The notes beneath the pieces were generated by a model, which worked only from the letters and a program-made list of their open reading frames with translations, made no database searches and was not told the origin of the DNA. Below are positions 19,079-29,118 of a DNA stretch of 32,000 nt, piece by piece. The DNA comes from Prevotella phage Lak-C1: sequence record MK250029.1; one strand, written 5' to 3'. A program made the translations under genes and the position numbers. Numbering within the stretch: position 1 is the stretch's first letter; every line of letters begins with the position of its first letter.

Positions 19079-19624
19079 TTACTTTTTTAATTTAATAAAA
19101 TATATATAAATATCAGAATTTTTAGCTGATACTTTCTTTAACATCTGCAAATGACTAACTTCACCCATTGATGTTTGAACAATTTCATCTGTAAATATAT
19201 AATTATCAAAATTATGTGAATTTTCATTCATATTAACTGATGTTACTGCATCAATATCAGAATTATCTGAATTATTATCATCGTTAGAATCTTCTGTATA
19301 GAAATTTGATTCCATATTTTCTATATTATATGTAGAATAAGATCTGTTTCTTGCTCCACGTAAAAATTCAATAATAGATCTTGTTGCATTCATATGTGCA
19401 ATACGATCACAATATTCAGGATTTCTGTTATTTGCAATTTTAACGACTGATACCAAAACAGGACCATTAGATGTTTTATATACAGAACAACCAGTTACAT
19501 TATTTTCAACATATTCTGATACTACTTTATTTCGTAGTAGAATTTTATTCTTTTCAGATAGAACTTGAGAAAAACTAAATGTAAAAGAAAATAAACAAAT
19601 TAGAAATGATATAATATATTTCAT
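19079..19624 (-). CDS. Exported hypothetical protein, LPP20-like region, 181 aa
   Basis: Signal peptide MKYIISFLICLFSFTFSFS; NPEYCDRIAHMNATRSIIEFLRGA. Confidence 0.6.
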   Translation of the reverse strand: MKYIISFLICLFSFTFSFSQVLSEKNKILLRNKVVSEYVENNVTGCSVYKTSNGPVLVSVVKIANNRNPEYCDRIAHMNATRSIIEFLRGARNRSYSTYNIENMESNFYTEDSNDDNNSDNSDIDAVTSVNMNENSHNFDNYIFTDEIVQTSMGEVSHLQMLKKVSAKNSDIYIYFIKLKK

Positions 19625-19676
19625 AATCTTAATTATAATTAATGTTATACTATGTTTTACTTAATTTTATTTAATG

Positions 19677-20354
19677 TTACTCATCTTGATTAGGTTCTAA
19701 AGGAATTCCTTCGTTCTCTGATTTTTTCTTATCAGACTGATACTTATCAAGTTCATCCCATGCATCCATCATATCTCGCTCAAATTCTTTTTCTTTTTTA
19801 AGAAGCTGTCTATCCTGTGATTTAATATTACTGATAATATTCTCTTTATCATATTTTACGCAAACTTCATACCGATACATTTGCTTATATCGATTATAAT
19901 ACTTTTGACACTTTATAACATTGATACCTTCTACAATACCCTTACATGCATTGACAACCTGTTCACGTGTCTTATTACTGATAGATGAACCATCATCTGT
20001 TTCAAGTTCATCATTATACATGTCAATACCATAACGAATATACAACTCCATCTTTTTACGAAGATTAGCAGTTGCATGTGTTACTGCTTTATTATATGCA
20101 AACATCTCATTTCGAGATTCTGAAATACCATATGCACGGATTTCACCTGTTCCTGTTTCAAGAGACAATTGCATAATAGGAGAAATATCTTCTACACTAT
20201 AACCGTCTGATTGAGGACCATATTCCTCAATATACTTCTGCAATCTCTGATTCTCTACACGAAGATTGTGAATCTCTGTTGTATCCTTCTTACTAGCATA
20301 TGTAGTAAGTGTAACAGCAAACATTGTAACTAATACAAAAATAAACTTTTTCAT
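19677..20354 (-). CDS. Exported LPP20-like protein, 225 aa
   Basis: Signal peptide MKKFIFVLVTMFAVTLTTYA; RAYGISESRNEMFAYNKAVTHATANLRKKMELYI. Confidence 0.65.
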   Translation of the reverse strand: MKKFIFVLVTMFAVTLTTYASKKDTTEIHNLRVENQRLQKYIEEYGPQSDGYSVEDISPIMQLSLETGTGEIRAYGISESRNEMFAYNKAVTHATANLRKKMELYIRYGIDMYNDELETDDGSSISNKTREQVVNACKGIVEGINVIKCQKYYNRYKQMYRYEVCVKYDKENIISNIKSQDRQLLKKEKEFERDMMDAWDELDKYQSDKKKSENEGIPLEPNQDE

Positions 20355-20435
20355 AATTTTTAATAATTTTTAATTAATATTCTTAATATACTCTTTTATA
20401 TAATCTAACCTTTTTATCTTAATTTAGGTCTAACG

Positions 20436-20468
20436 CAAAGATACACCTAAAAATTTAAATAAAAAAAT
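20436..20468 (-). promoter_or_regulatory. Promoter copy D: ATTTTTTTATTT-N13-TATCTTTG
   Basis: As copy A, same 13-nt spacing. Confidence 0.8.
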
Positions 20469-20487
20469 ATATTCTATATAAATTTAA

Positions 20488-20495
20488 TATAAATA
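20488..20495 (+). promoter_or_regulatory. T4-late-like TATAAATA motif
   Basis: Exact TATAAATA 20 nt upstream of ATG 20516. Confidence 0.5.
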
Positions 20496-20515
20496 AGAAA
20501 AATATTTTTTGATAC

Positions 20516-21472
20516 ATGGAACGATTATATAATAATTTAATTAAATGTATATCAATATCAGTAAAGTAGGCAATAGAAGAATCGATAGGAACATTACAAA
20601 TAGATAATAACATTGATAAAATTTATAATGATATAGAAAATCATATATATAAAAATAATAAAATAAACTATAATGATTATAAAAATATTATATAGTTTAA
20701 TGAACATGATAATTTATATATGTTAACATATAATGATATATGTAATATAAAGAATTTATAGATTATTATATGTGAAAATCCAGATATTATGTATACAGAA
20801 GCAGCAGCATTAATAGATAATAAAGAATATACAATTTTAGGTTCAGATGAAATTATATTAGCAACATTAATTATATATAATCCAGATGAATTGCGGTTCT
20901 TAAAGAATCATTTATATCATGAAATAAAACATTATTATGATACATTTAAACATATAAATTCATATAGCGGTTATGATAGGGGTATTAATTATCTATTAAA
21001 TAAAGAACAGAAAGATAATAAAACATATAATATTAATTTTTTGCAATTTAAAAAGATGTTAATGAATAATAATATACCATATCCTTTATTATAGCAAGCT
21101 ATATTATCTCAATTATATTATCTAGATAAATCAGAAATTCGGGCACATACAGAAAATATGTTTGGTGAAATAGATGAGTATTTTAAATATAATAATATAG
21201 TAAATAATTCTTTAGAAAATATATCAGAAACATATAATTTTTATAAATCAATAAAAGATGTTTTTACATATTACAAAGATAATTTATCAGAAACATATAT
21301 TAACTGGTTAGTTAAAAATTTTGGTGATGATTTTTATGAAATATATTATGGTAAAATAGGACATCCTAAAAGTTTTAATTTTGTGTTTAAAAAAATTATT
21401 TATAATTGTAATAAGTTTTTTAAACATGCAGAGCAAATGAAAATATATTGTAAAAATAAGTATGAAAAGTAA
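20516..21472 (+). CDS. Putative zinc metallopeptidase-like protein, 318 aa, 4 in-frame TAG
   Basis: Track ORFs 20789..21094 and 21158..21472 share a frame. FLKNHLYHEIKHYYDTF (HExxH) and downstream DKSEIRAHTENMFGEIDEY (candidate Glu ligand). Confidence 0.75.
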
Positions 21473-21809
21473 TTCAATTATCATTGACTTTATAGGTGAT
21501 GATTATATAGAATATTCAGATTTTTGGGAAAATACATATTAGAATTTATCTATAGATTCTCAAATATTATATGATTCATTGCATAGTAATGTTATATACA
21601 ATATATTTGATGAAATAAAATTATATATAAGAGAAAATATTGATCACCTTGATTTAACAATATATGATTATTATCTTTTACATTATTTGATTCCAGATAA
21701 AGAATCATTGAAGAAATATGTATTAAATAAAATGGAAAATATAACAGATAATGTTATTGATGATGTATTTAATAAAATAGAAGAACTTAAAAATAAACAA
21801 GAAAATTAA
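21462..21809 (+). CDS. Hypothetical protein, 115 aa, 1 in-frame TAG
   Basis: Frame opens at ATG 21462, overlapping the upstream stop; MKSNSIIIDFIGDDYIEYSDFWENTY(TAG)NLSIDSQ…. Confidence 0.7.
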
Positions 21810-21864
21810 GCAATTTAATAATTAAGATATATAATAAAAAGTAATTTTTGATTAAATAAGATTT

Positions 21865-23781
21865 ATGACAACAAAGAAATTAACGATTGAACAGAAGTAT
21901 AAAAGTATGACAGAAGTTGAACATATCCTCCAGAAATCTGGTATGTGGATCGGTTCAATTAATAAAGAAGATAAGAATTTATATGTTTATGACAATGATA
22001 ATTGTAAGATGATTATGAAAACAGTCTCATATATTCCAGCGGTTTTAAAGTTAGTAGATGAGATTATTTCAAATTCAGTAGACGAATATAGAAGAATTGA
22101 TAATTTAGGACTTACAAACCTTGATGTGAAAATTGATACAAACGGTTTTATTACTATTAGAGATAATGGTGGTATTCCTGTTGTAAAACATAAAGAAGCT
22201 GGTATTTATGTACCTACATTTTTGTTTGGTTCTCTGAGAACTTCATCAAATTATAATGATGATGATTCACGAGATGGCGTAGGAACAAATGGTGTAGGTT
22301 CTGCTATTACAAATGTATGGTCAACACAATATGAAGTAAGTACAGCAGACGGAAAGAATTCATATCATCAAACATGGTCTAATAATATGAATATAAATGA
22401 TGATCTAGAAATAAAGAAATGTTCGAAGAAAGATCATTATACAGAAACAAAGTTTAAGTTAGATTTTAAGAGACTTCATGAAACTGTAGATACATGTTTC
22501 TCTGAAGATTTTATCAATATCATAGAGAAAAGATGTATTGATGCAGCTGCTGCAAACGTTGGATTAAATGTACATTTTTCATATACAGATAATGACAAGG
22601 TTATCAGAGAATCAGAATGGCATTTCAAAACATTTGATGAATATATTGAATTATTTACTGATTATGTAGATACAGAACAAATGTTGAAATTCTCTGATTC
22701 TATTATGCAAGTATGGGTATTTCCTGATAATGGAATTAATGTCGGATTTGTAAATGGTGCAGAATGTTCAAGAGGAACACATATCAGAGCAGTTAGAAAT
22801 GAGATTAACAATGCTATTTCTGCTTATCTTTTAACAAAAGAAAAGATTGACATTACACCAAAGAATGTAGATGGAAAATATTCAATGTTCTGTACATTCC
22901 ATGTTAATAATCCATCATATGATTCACAGACAAAGGAATGTTTGACAACTGTTGTTGAGAAATTCAGTAATGATTCCAAATATACATTTAAAGTTCCAGA
23001 TGCATTTATTAAGAATGTATTAAAATCTGAGATTGTTGATATAGTAATTGATTGGTATAAGCAAAAATGTGAAGTTGAAGATCAGAAAACACTTCGAAAA
23101 CTTAATAGGCAAGCAAAGAATAAGATTAGAAATAACGATAAATTCATTGATGCAAATTCAAAACGAACAGCAGATAGAGAACTTTGGATATTTGAGGGTG
23201 ATTCTGCACGTGCAGGATTCAGAGGTGCTCGTGACCCACAAACACAAGCGGCATATATGTTGAGAGGTGTTATTTTGAATGTTATCGGATTACCACCAAC
23301 AAAAATTATGGCAAATAAAGAGTTATCTGATTTGTTTAATATTATCGGTTTACAATGGGGTGAACCAATCGATGTAAAGAAACTTAATTTCAGTAAATTA
23401 GTTATTGCAACAGATGCTGATTTTGATGGTAGTAAAATTGCTGGATTGCTTTTAACATTCTTTAATTTATGGCCAGAATTATTTGAAGCAGGAATTGTAT
23501 GCAGAAGTATTACACATATTATTACTGCAACTAAAGGTAATGATGTACAAGGATTCTTTACAATGGAAGACTTCAAAAAGAAAGAAGATAAATTAAAGGG
23601 TTATAAGATTACATATAATAAAGGTCTTGGTGGATTAACAGCAACAGAATATAAAGAGATGATGCGTAATCCGATTTTACATTATTATACTAAAGATGAT
23701 TTAGCAGATATGACTATTAAATCATGGTTTGGTAAAGGTATTGCAAAAACTCGTAAAGATATGCTTAAAAATGAAGTTTAA
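21865..23781 (+). CDS. Type II DNA topoisomerase ATPase/large subunit (T4 gp39-like), 638 aa
   Basis: GHKL ATPase (KLVDEIISNSVDEYRR, ITIRDNGGIPV, SNYNDDDSRDGVGTNGVGSAITNVWS); TOPRIM (LWIFEGDSARAGFRGARDP, KLVIATDADFDGSKIAGLLLTFF). No in-frame TAG. Confidence 0.95.
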   Translation: MTTKKLTIEQKYKSMTEVEHILQKSGMWIGSINKEDKNLYVYDNDNCKMIMKTVSYIPAVLKLVDEIISNSVDEYRRIDNLGLTNLDVKIDTNGFITIRDNGGIPVVKHKEAGIYVPTFLFGSLRTSSNYNDDDSRDGVGTNGVGSAITNVWSTQYEVSTADGKNSYHQTWSNNMNINDDLEIKKCSKKDHYTETKFKLDFKRLHETVDTCFSEDFINIIEKRCIDAAAANVGLNVHFSYTDNDKVIRESEWHFKTFDEYIELFTDYVDTEQMLKFSDSIMQVWVFPDNGINVGFVNGAECSRGTHIRAVRNEINNAISAYLLTKEKIDITPKNVDGKYSMFCTFHVNNPSYDSQTKECLTTVVEKFSNDSKYTFKVPDAFIKNVLKSEIVDIVIDWYKQKCEVEDQKTLRKLNRQAKNKIRNNDKFIDANSKRTADRELWIFEGDSARAGFRGARDPQTQAAYMLRGVILNVIGLPPTKIMANKELSDLFNIIGLQWGEPIDVKKLNFSKLVIATDADFDGSKIAGLLLTFFNLWPELFEAGIVCRSITHIITATKGNDVQGFFTMEDFKKKEDKLKGYKITYNKGLGGLTATEYKEMMRNPILHYYTKDDLADMTIKSWFGKGIAKTRKDMLKNEV

Positions 23782-23792
23782 TAACAATATTG

Positions 23793-23833
23793 AAATTCCA
23801 TATGTTAAATATAAAAAAACATATGGAATTTTT
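23793..23833 (+). terminator. Terminator after the topoisomerase gene
   Basis: AAATTCCATATG…CATATGGAATTTTT hairpin with T-run. Confidence 0.8.
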
Positions 23834-23852
23834 AATTATAAAAATAAAAATG

Positions 23853-23860
23853 TATCTTTG
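23853..23860 (+). promoter_or_regulatory. TATCTTTG promoter element upstream of folD
   Basis: TATCTTTG 21 nt before ATG 23882, T-rich block ATTTTTAATT upstream. Confidence 0.6.
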
Positions 23861-23881
23861 TAAAAATAATTTAGGAATAAA

Positions 23882-24757
23882 ATGAAGTTAATAGATGGAA
23901 AACAAGTATCTACGGAAATTAAACAAAATATAAAAGTAGAAGTAGATAATATTATTAAAAATGGTGGTAGACCACCACATCTTGTTGCGATTCTTGTAGG
24001 ACATGATGGTGGTTCTGAAACATATGTTAAAAATAAAGTTAAAGCATGTGAAACATGTGGATTTAAAAGTACAGTATTGAGATTTGATTCAACTATTACA
24101 GAAGATGAATTACTTAATGAAATTCATAAATTAAATAATGATTCTACAGTAGATGGTTTTATTGTACAACTTCCATTACCTAAACATATATCAGAAGATA
24201 AGATAACAGAAGCAATTGATTATAAAAAAGATGTAGATGGTTTTCATCCAGTTAATGTAGGACGATTAAATATAGGATTACCTTGTTTTATTTCTGCAAC
24301 ACCATATGGTATTATGGAATTGTTAAAATATTATAATATTGAAACAAAAGGTAAACATTGTGTTATTATCGGACGTAGTAATATAGTGGGAAAACCAATG
24401 TCTACATTAATGGTTCAGAAGAATTTTGGTGATGCAACAGTTACGGTTTGTCACAGTCATTCTGAAAATCTTAGAGATATATGTAAACAGGCAGATATAT
24501 TAATCGCTGCTGTTGGTAAGTCAGAATTTGTTACTGCCGATATGGTAAAAGATAATGCAGTTGTTATTGATGTTGGTACAACACGAATACCTGATAATAC
24601 TAAGAAGTCAGGTTTCAGATTATGTGGAGATGTTAAATTTGATGAAGTATCACCAAAATGCAGTTATATAACACCTGTACCTGGTGGAGTAGGTCCAATG
24701 ACAATTTGTATGCTTATGAAAAATACGTTATTAGCAGCAAAGCATGAAATTTATTAA
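23882..24757 (+). CDS. folD: Bifunctional methylenetetrahydrofolate dehydrogenase/cyclohydrolase
   Basis: [84 protein letters not shown]. Confidence 0.97.
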   Translation: MKLIDGKQVSTEIKQNIKVEVDNIIKNGGRPPHLVAILVGHDGGSETYVKNKVKACETCGFKSTVLRFDSTITEDELLNEIHKLNNDSTVDGFIVQLPLPKHISEDKITEAIDYKKDVDGFHPVNVGRLNIGLPCFISATPYGIMELLKYYNIETKGKHCVIIGRSNIVGKPMSTLMVQKNFGDATVTVCHSHSENLRDICKQADILIAAVGKSEFVTADMVKDNAVVIDVGTTRIPDNTKKSGFRLCGDVKFDEVSPKCSYITPVPGGVGPMTICMLMKNTLLAAKHEIY

Positions 24758-24773
24758 TTAAAAATAATACATT

Positions 24774-25340
24774 ATGACAATTATATTTTCAAATATGTTA
24801 GATTCCGATTGTCAGGTTCTTAGATGTACATGGCAAAATATATCTGATGTTAATGTAGTAGAAATTACACCAGATATGAATATAGATGAAGCAGAAACTT
24901 CTGTTAATAATGCAATTATAGCAGAAGATGATACTATTATATTTTTAGGTCATGGAACCGAATATGGTTTATTATTTCCTGATTTCTATAAAGGACTATA
25001 TATTTTGCATGATGAAAATGTAAATTTAATTCATGCTAAAAATGTGATTTGTTGTTGGTGTCATGCATCTTCTTTTGTAAATAGACATAGTGATCATTTA
25101 CATAATATATTTGCGACATCTATGTATATTTCAAATGAGCATGAAGCATATGATAATGCAATATATGATTATTCACAGAATGATATTGATTTAAATGGTA
25201 TACGTTTTTATGCAAATATAAATCAATTATTGATTGATAAAATACCGTTAGATCAATGGGTAATGATTTTAGGAGCAAAAATGGATATTGAAAATGAAAT
25301 AGATGTTTTTAATAGGCAAGGCCTATTTTATCAAGAATAA
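24774..25340 (+). CDS. Hypothetical protein, possible caspase/CHAT-like fold, 188 aa
   Basis: TIIFLGHGTEYGLLFP (His candidate) and AKNVICCWCHASSFV (Cys candidate). Confidence 0.6.
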   Translation: MTIIFSNMLDSDCQVLRCTWQNISDVNVVEITPDMNIDEAETSVNNAIIAEDDTIIFLGHGTEYGLLFPDFYKGLYILHDENVNLIHAKNVICCWCHASSFVNRHSDHLHNIFATSMYISNEHEAYDNAIYDYSQNDIDLNGIRFYANINQLLIDKIPLDQWVMILGAKMDIENEIDVFNRQGLFYQE

Positions 25341-25345
25341 AAAAT

Positions 25346-25378
25346 AAAGGATAAGAATTTTAATTCTTATCCTTTTTA
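25346..25378. terminator. Bidirectional terminator
   Basis: AAAGGATAAGAATT-TT-AATTCTTATCCTTTTT between convergent genes. Confidence 0.9.
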
Positions 25379-25379
25379 A

Positions 25380-26840
25380 TTATACTAATTTTCCTTTTTG
25401 TATATCTTCTTTTATAATATTAAATACTTTTTCTGCAAATGTATCCAAATCTGATACAACACAACTATAATATGCATCTTCATGATAACCAGAATATGTT
25501 CTGTCTGTATATGTAAATTCATATTCATCTGAAGCAGATAATGAAGTGAGATGGTTTAATGTATCTGTACTGTCTCTATCAGAACTTCCTGACTACATAT
25601 ATACATGTATAAAACATTTACCATTTGAACTATTATAATATAAATCTTTAATAGCGCCACTCCAGTCATTATAATTACAATATATCTTCTTATCTGGATT
25701 ATTTTCCAAAATTGTTTTTATCTATGATTTAAACCATTGGAAATAATTAGATGGATTCGTTTCCATCTTATATTTTAATAATGTTTTTTCACTATTAGCT
25801 GCATTTTCAGATTCATTACCATTTAATTTATATAAAATATATGGTTTAACAATATAAAGATAAACACCTTCACATAATACTTTAAATAAATTTGGTTTTT
25901 CATTAAAATATGAATATGATGTTAATGGATACTTAAATAAGTTTGTCAATTCAAAATCTCTTTTAAAATCTCTTCTTCTTGCATCAGGTGCAAATGAAGC
26001 AGCTTCATATTCAACAAAACAATTATATGAATCTGGATCAATTTCAAGATTAAAATATTGATCATAACCATCATAACCTCTTCTTACATATCCTACATTT
26101 TTTCTAATAGCAAATAAATGTTTATCAGTAAAACCAGTTAACTTATTAAAATTAATTATATCATCTCTTAATAAATCAACGAATTTAATAGCATCATTAT
26201 GACATTTCTTTAATAAACTATTAACATATGACTCAATATCACTTTGACATTTTTTATATACTTTATTATATTCACTTACATATGAAGCTGATTTTACATC
26301 AAAATCATCATATAATGAAGCAGGTATATGTTGTATTAATGTTTCAAGTTTTGTAATATATTTTTTACTTACTTTACTTCTTGTTGATGTTGTACGAGTT
26401 TTTCTAACAGGTTTAGCAATATCTGGTTCAGACTATACTACAGGTTTTGACTATATAGGTTTAGTATTAGATGTAATACCCATATTTATATTATATAAGT
26501 CTTGTATTTCTGATATAGTTCCACCTAATTCTAATATTCTATGACCAAATAAATTGAATACCTTAATTTTATCCATATCTCCTTCTGTTTTTGGACATGG
26601 TTTCTTCATAATAATAAGAGCTGCAACATATCTTTCAATTAAATCCTATTTTGTTAATTTTTTCATAGGTTTAACGAATTCACATTCAGTCGCTTTATTT
26701 CTTGAACAAACTGATGCTACACTTAACCATAATTTTCTATCTAATGTTCTGTGATCTATTTTCTTTGCCATTTCATTTAAAATATTTCTGACAGAATATG
26801 TAGATAGTTTTTTATTTATTGCTTTATCAAATAATGACAT
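25380..26840 (-). CDS. Hypothetical protein, 486 aa, 5 in-frame TAG
   Basis: Track ORFs 26646..26840 and 25722..25949 join in one 487-codon frame ending TAA 25380-25382. Confidence 0.8.
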
Positions 26841-26882
26841 AATAATATTATTCTATTTTTACAATATATTTATTAAAAATAA

Positions 26883-27641
26883 TTAACTATTAAAGACTGG
26901 TCTTATTGTGAATGCATAAAAACGTGGTTCCTATATTATATGTGGTACTTCACTTTCATATTTTATATCATTTGAAAAATATAAACTTTGTGCATATGCT
27001 TTAATGTTATTTCTATATGTATTCATATATTTAGGATCTGATGTATTATAAGAAGTCCAGTAATTACCGTATCCATAACCAGAAAAACCTTCAGTAACAC
27101 TTCCAGCAGCAGGTAAATATATAAATTCTTTATTACCTCGTTTTTTAGATGTTATTTTATAACCAGGTATTATATTACCATTAGTATCACACCATTTCCA
27201 ATTACAATATTTAATTAATTCTTCAAACTATTCCGGTGTTGGTATTTTATAATTTCCATTTGTTTCCTAATAAGCAGCATCATCTATATCTTCTAATTGG
27301 TAATGAACTTTATTTTTAGAATATTTTATAAATGTTTTATTATTTCCAGATGGATTAAATTTTGTATAATCTGTTTTAAATATACGCTTAGTATGTACAG
27401 GTTCTGTATATCCCCACTGATAGTAATTACCTGGATCTGTTTCAGTTTCTGCACCTAGATTTTTAGTACACCATAATGTTCCAGAAGGTAAACCTAAATT
27501 TACAAATTTATAATTATTTGATATATTATCTATTATTGTAGTATTATCATCTAATATAATATCATCGTCTATATCATCAAATAAACTTTCATATATTGCG
27601 GTTTTAATAGACTCTATTAATTTATTATATAATAATGACAT
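26883..27641 (-). CDS. FISUMP-domain (Fibrobacter succinogenes major paralogous-like) protein, 252 aa, 3 in-frame TAG
   Basis: YKFVNLGLPSGTLWCTKNLGAETETDPGNYYQWGYTE…IPTPE(TAG)FEELIKYCNW…GNKEFIYLPAAGS…GYGNYWTSYNTSD…(TAG)EPRFYAFTIRPVF. Confidence 0.9.
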
Positions 27642-27729
27642 AAAAATATAAAAACTTTTATTATTTATTTTATTATAATGTACTTATTTTATAATAATTT
27701 ATAATGATTTATTCTTTTTACAAAATAAA

Positions 27730-29118
27730 TCAGAAATTAAACTAACCTACGTAGGATTTAGTTGAAAATAAGCTGGAAAACTACAGATTAAATTTATCTA
27801 TAGAAAGTCTATACATCATTTTAGACTTTTTGAAGAAGTAATATAGTTCCACTAAGTCATGATATGTAGGATGTAAATGAAATTCTTCCAATGACTTCAT
27901 ATACAACTGTTTAAACATAACTATGCTTGGTCTAACTATATTCTTTTTTATATCTTTAGATTTTATAATGTACTAATTATAAAATTCATATGCTCTACGA
28001 CTTAACTCTATTGAAGCTAAAATCATATCAGGTAAATTCAATGATCTATAAAGAAAGTTACCAATAAAACTCGAATATTCAGGAACAACCTTCAATAACT
28101 TAATATTCAAGATATTACATCTCTTCTATAAATTATTAACAAATAAAATTCTGTTCCATGAGTTATTAACTAATTTATTAAATCTCTTTCCTTTATCGGA
28201 ATCTTTAGATTTGATATTTAAATCTTCACATGAAATTAACTGACATTTGTAATATATAGCTTTGTTAACTATATTTTTAACTATCTATATAGTTTCATAC
28301 TAACGTTTATTTGAAATATATTTACGTTCTTTAGATTCAGTACTATAACCTTTACCTTTTAATCCAAAATCATAATCATTTAATTCTTTTATAGAATAAA
28401 CACCGGATTTAACTACCTCAAATTCTGATTCAGATTTCCAATCAACTATACTCCATCCTATATAATTAGGATTAAGATCTAAACTAAGAATTCTGTTTTC
28501 AATTTTCTTTGAATTGAACTATGTATTTGAAATTATATTTTCATCAAACTGAATATAAACATATTGATTATCAATTTTATAAGTTATTGGACAATCATCT
28601 AGAACTTGGTGTTTGTATATATTTGTTAATGTTTTCTTTATATTTAAATGTAAGAATTTTGGTAAGTTAATTTGAATTTTCTTTTCTTTAAGTTTTAATG
28701 TAATGAAAGATAAATCTTCGGATAGTTTGAATTTCCTGTTTCCATGCACAGATTTAGTTCCTGATTTCTTTTCGCCATATGAACATAAAGGAACTAATCT
28801 TTTTTCATTAAATTTATCTTTAGAAATTAATCCTTTTAACCTATTGAAAAAGTTTTTCTTTCCACCAAATATAACTTTCTATTCATTACCTACTAAACTA
28901 TGAAGAAATTTCGCTTCATAGCTTGCTGACTATATAAACCAACTATCCAACAACTCTATATTATTCAATAAACATAAATCAGTTACCTTATTCTTTATAC
29001 CATTCTATAACTTATTAAATGCAACACGATATACATGATTATACTACTTGATATATCTACCAAGCAATAACTAATCATTTTGATTATCTATTCTATATTT
29101 AATTTTTATTGTTTGCAT
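27730..29118 (-). CDS. TnpB/Cas12-related RuvC nuclease lacking a zinc ribbon, 462 aa, 12 in-frame TAG
   Basis: Continuous 463-codon frame ATG 29116-29118 to TGA 27730-27732. RuvC-I ILSLDLNPNYIGWSIVDW; RuvC-II CQLISCEDLNIKSKD; RuvC-III KVVPEYSSFIGNFLYRSLNLPDMILASIELSRRAYEFYN. Confidence 0.85.

Noticed and set aside
23048-23576. ORFs 23048..23263 (+) and 23082..23576 (-)
   Set aside because: Inside the topoisomerase gene, which has clear conserved motifs.
26883-27641. Diversity-generating retroelement
   Set aside because: A target-like FISUMP domain is present but no reverse transcriptase or template/variable repeat pair is visible in the window.
27820-27840. TAGACTTTTTGAAGAAG inside the TnpB-like gene as a fourth copy of the promoter repeat
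   Set aside because: Similarity covers only the -35-like segment; there is no TATAAT at 17 bp and it encodes FFKKSK in frame.
26554-28903. ORFs 26554..26754 and 28703..28903 (+)
   Set aside because: Antisense to recoded minus-strand genes.
5004-29118. Interpretation of shredded ORFs as pseudogenes or frameshift errors
   Set aside because: All interruptions are TAG, flanking pieces stay in the same frame, domains complete across them, and TAA/TGA never interrupt. Random decay would give mixed stops and frameshifts.
27730-29118. Complete IS200/IS605 transposon
   Set aside because: No TnpA and no clear subterminal end hairpins; it looks like a solitary TnpB-like gene.
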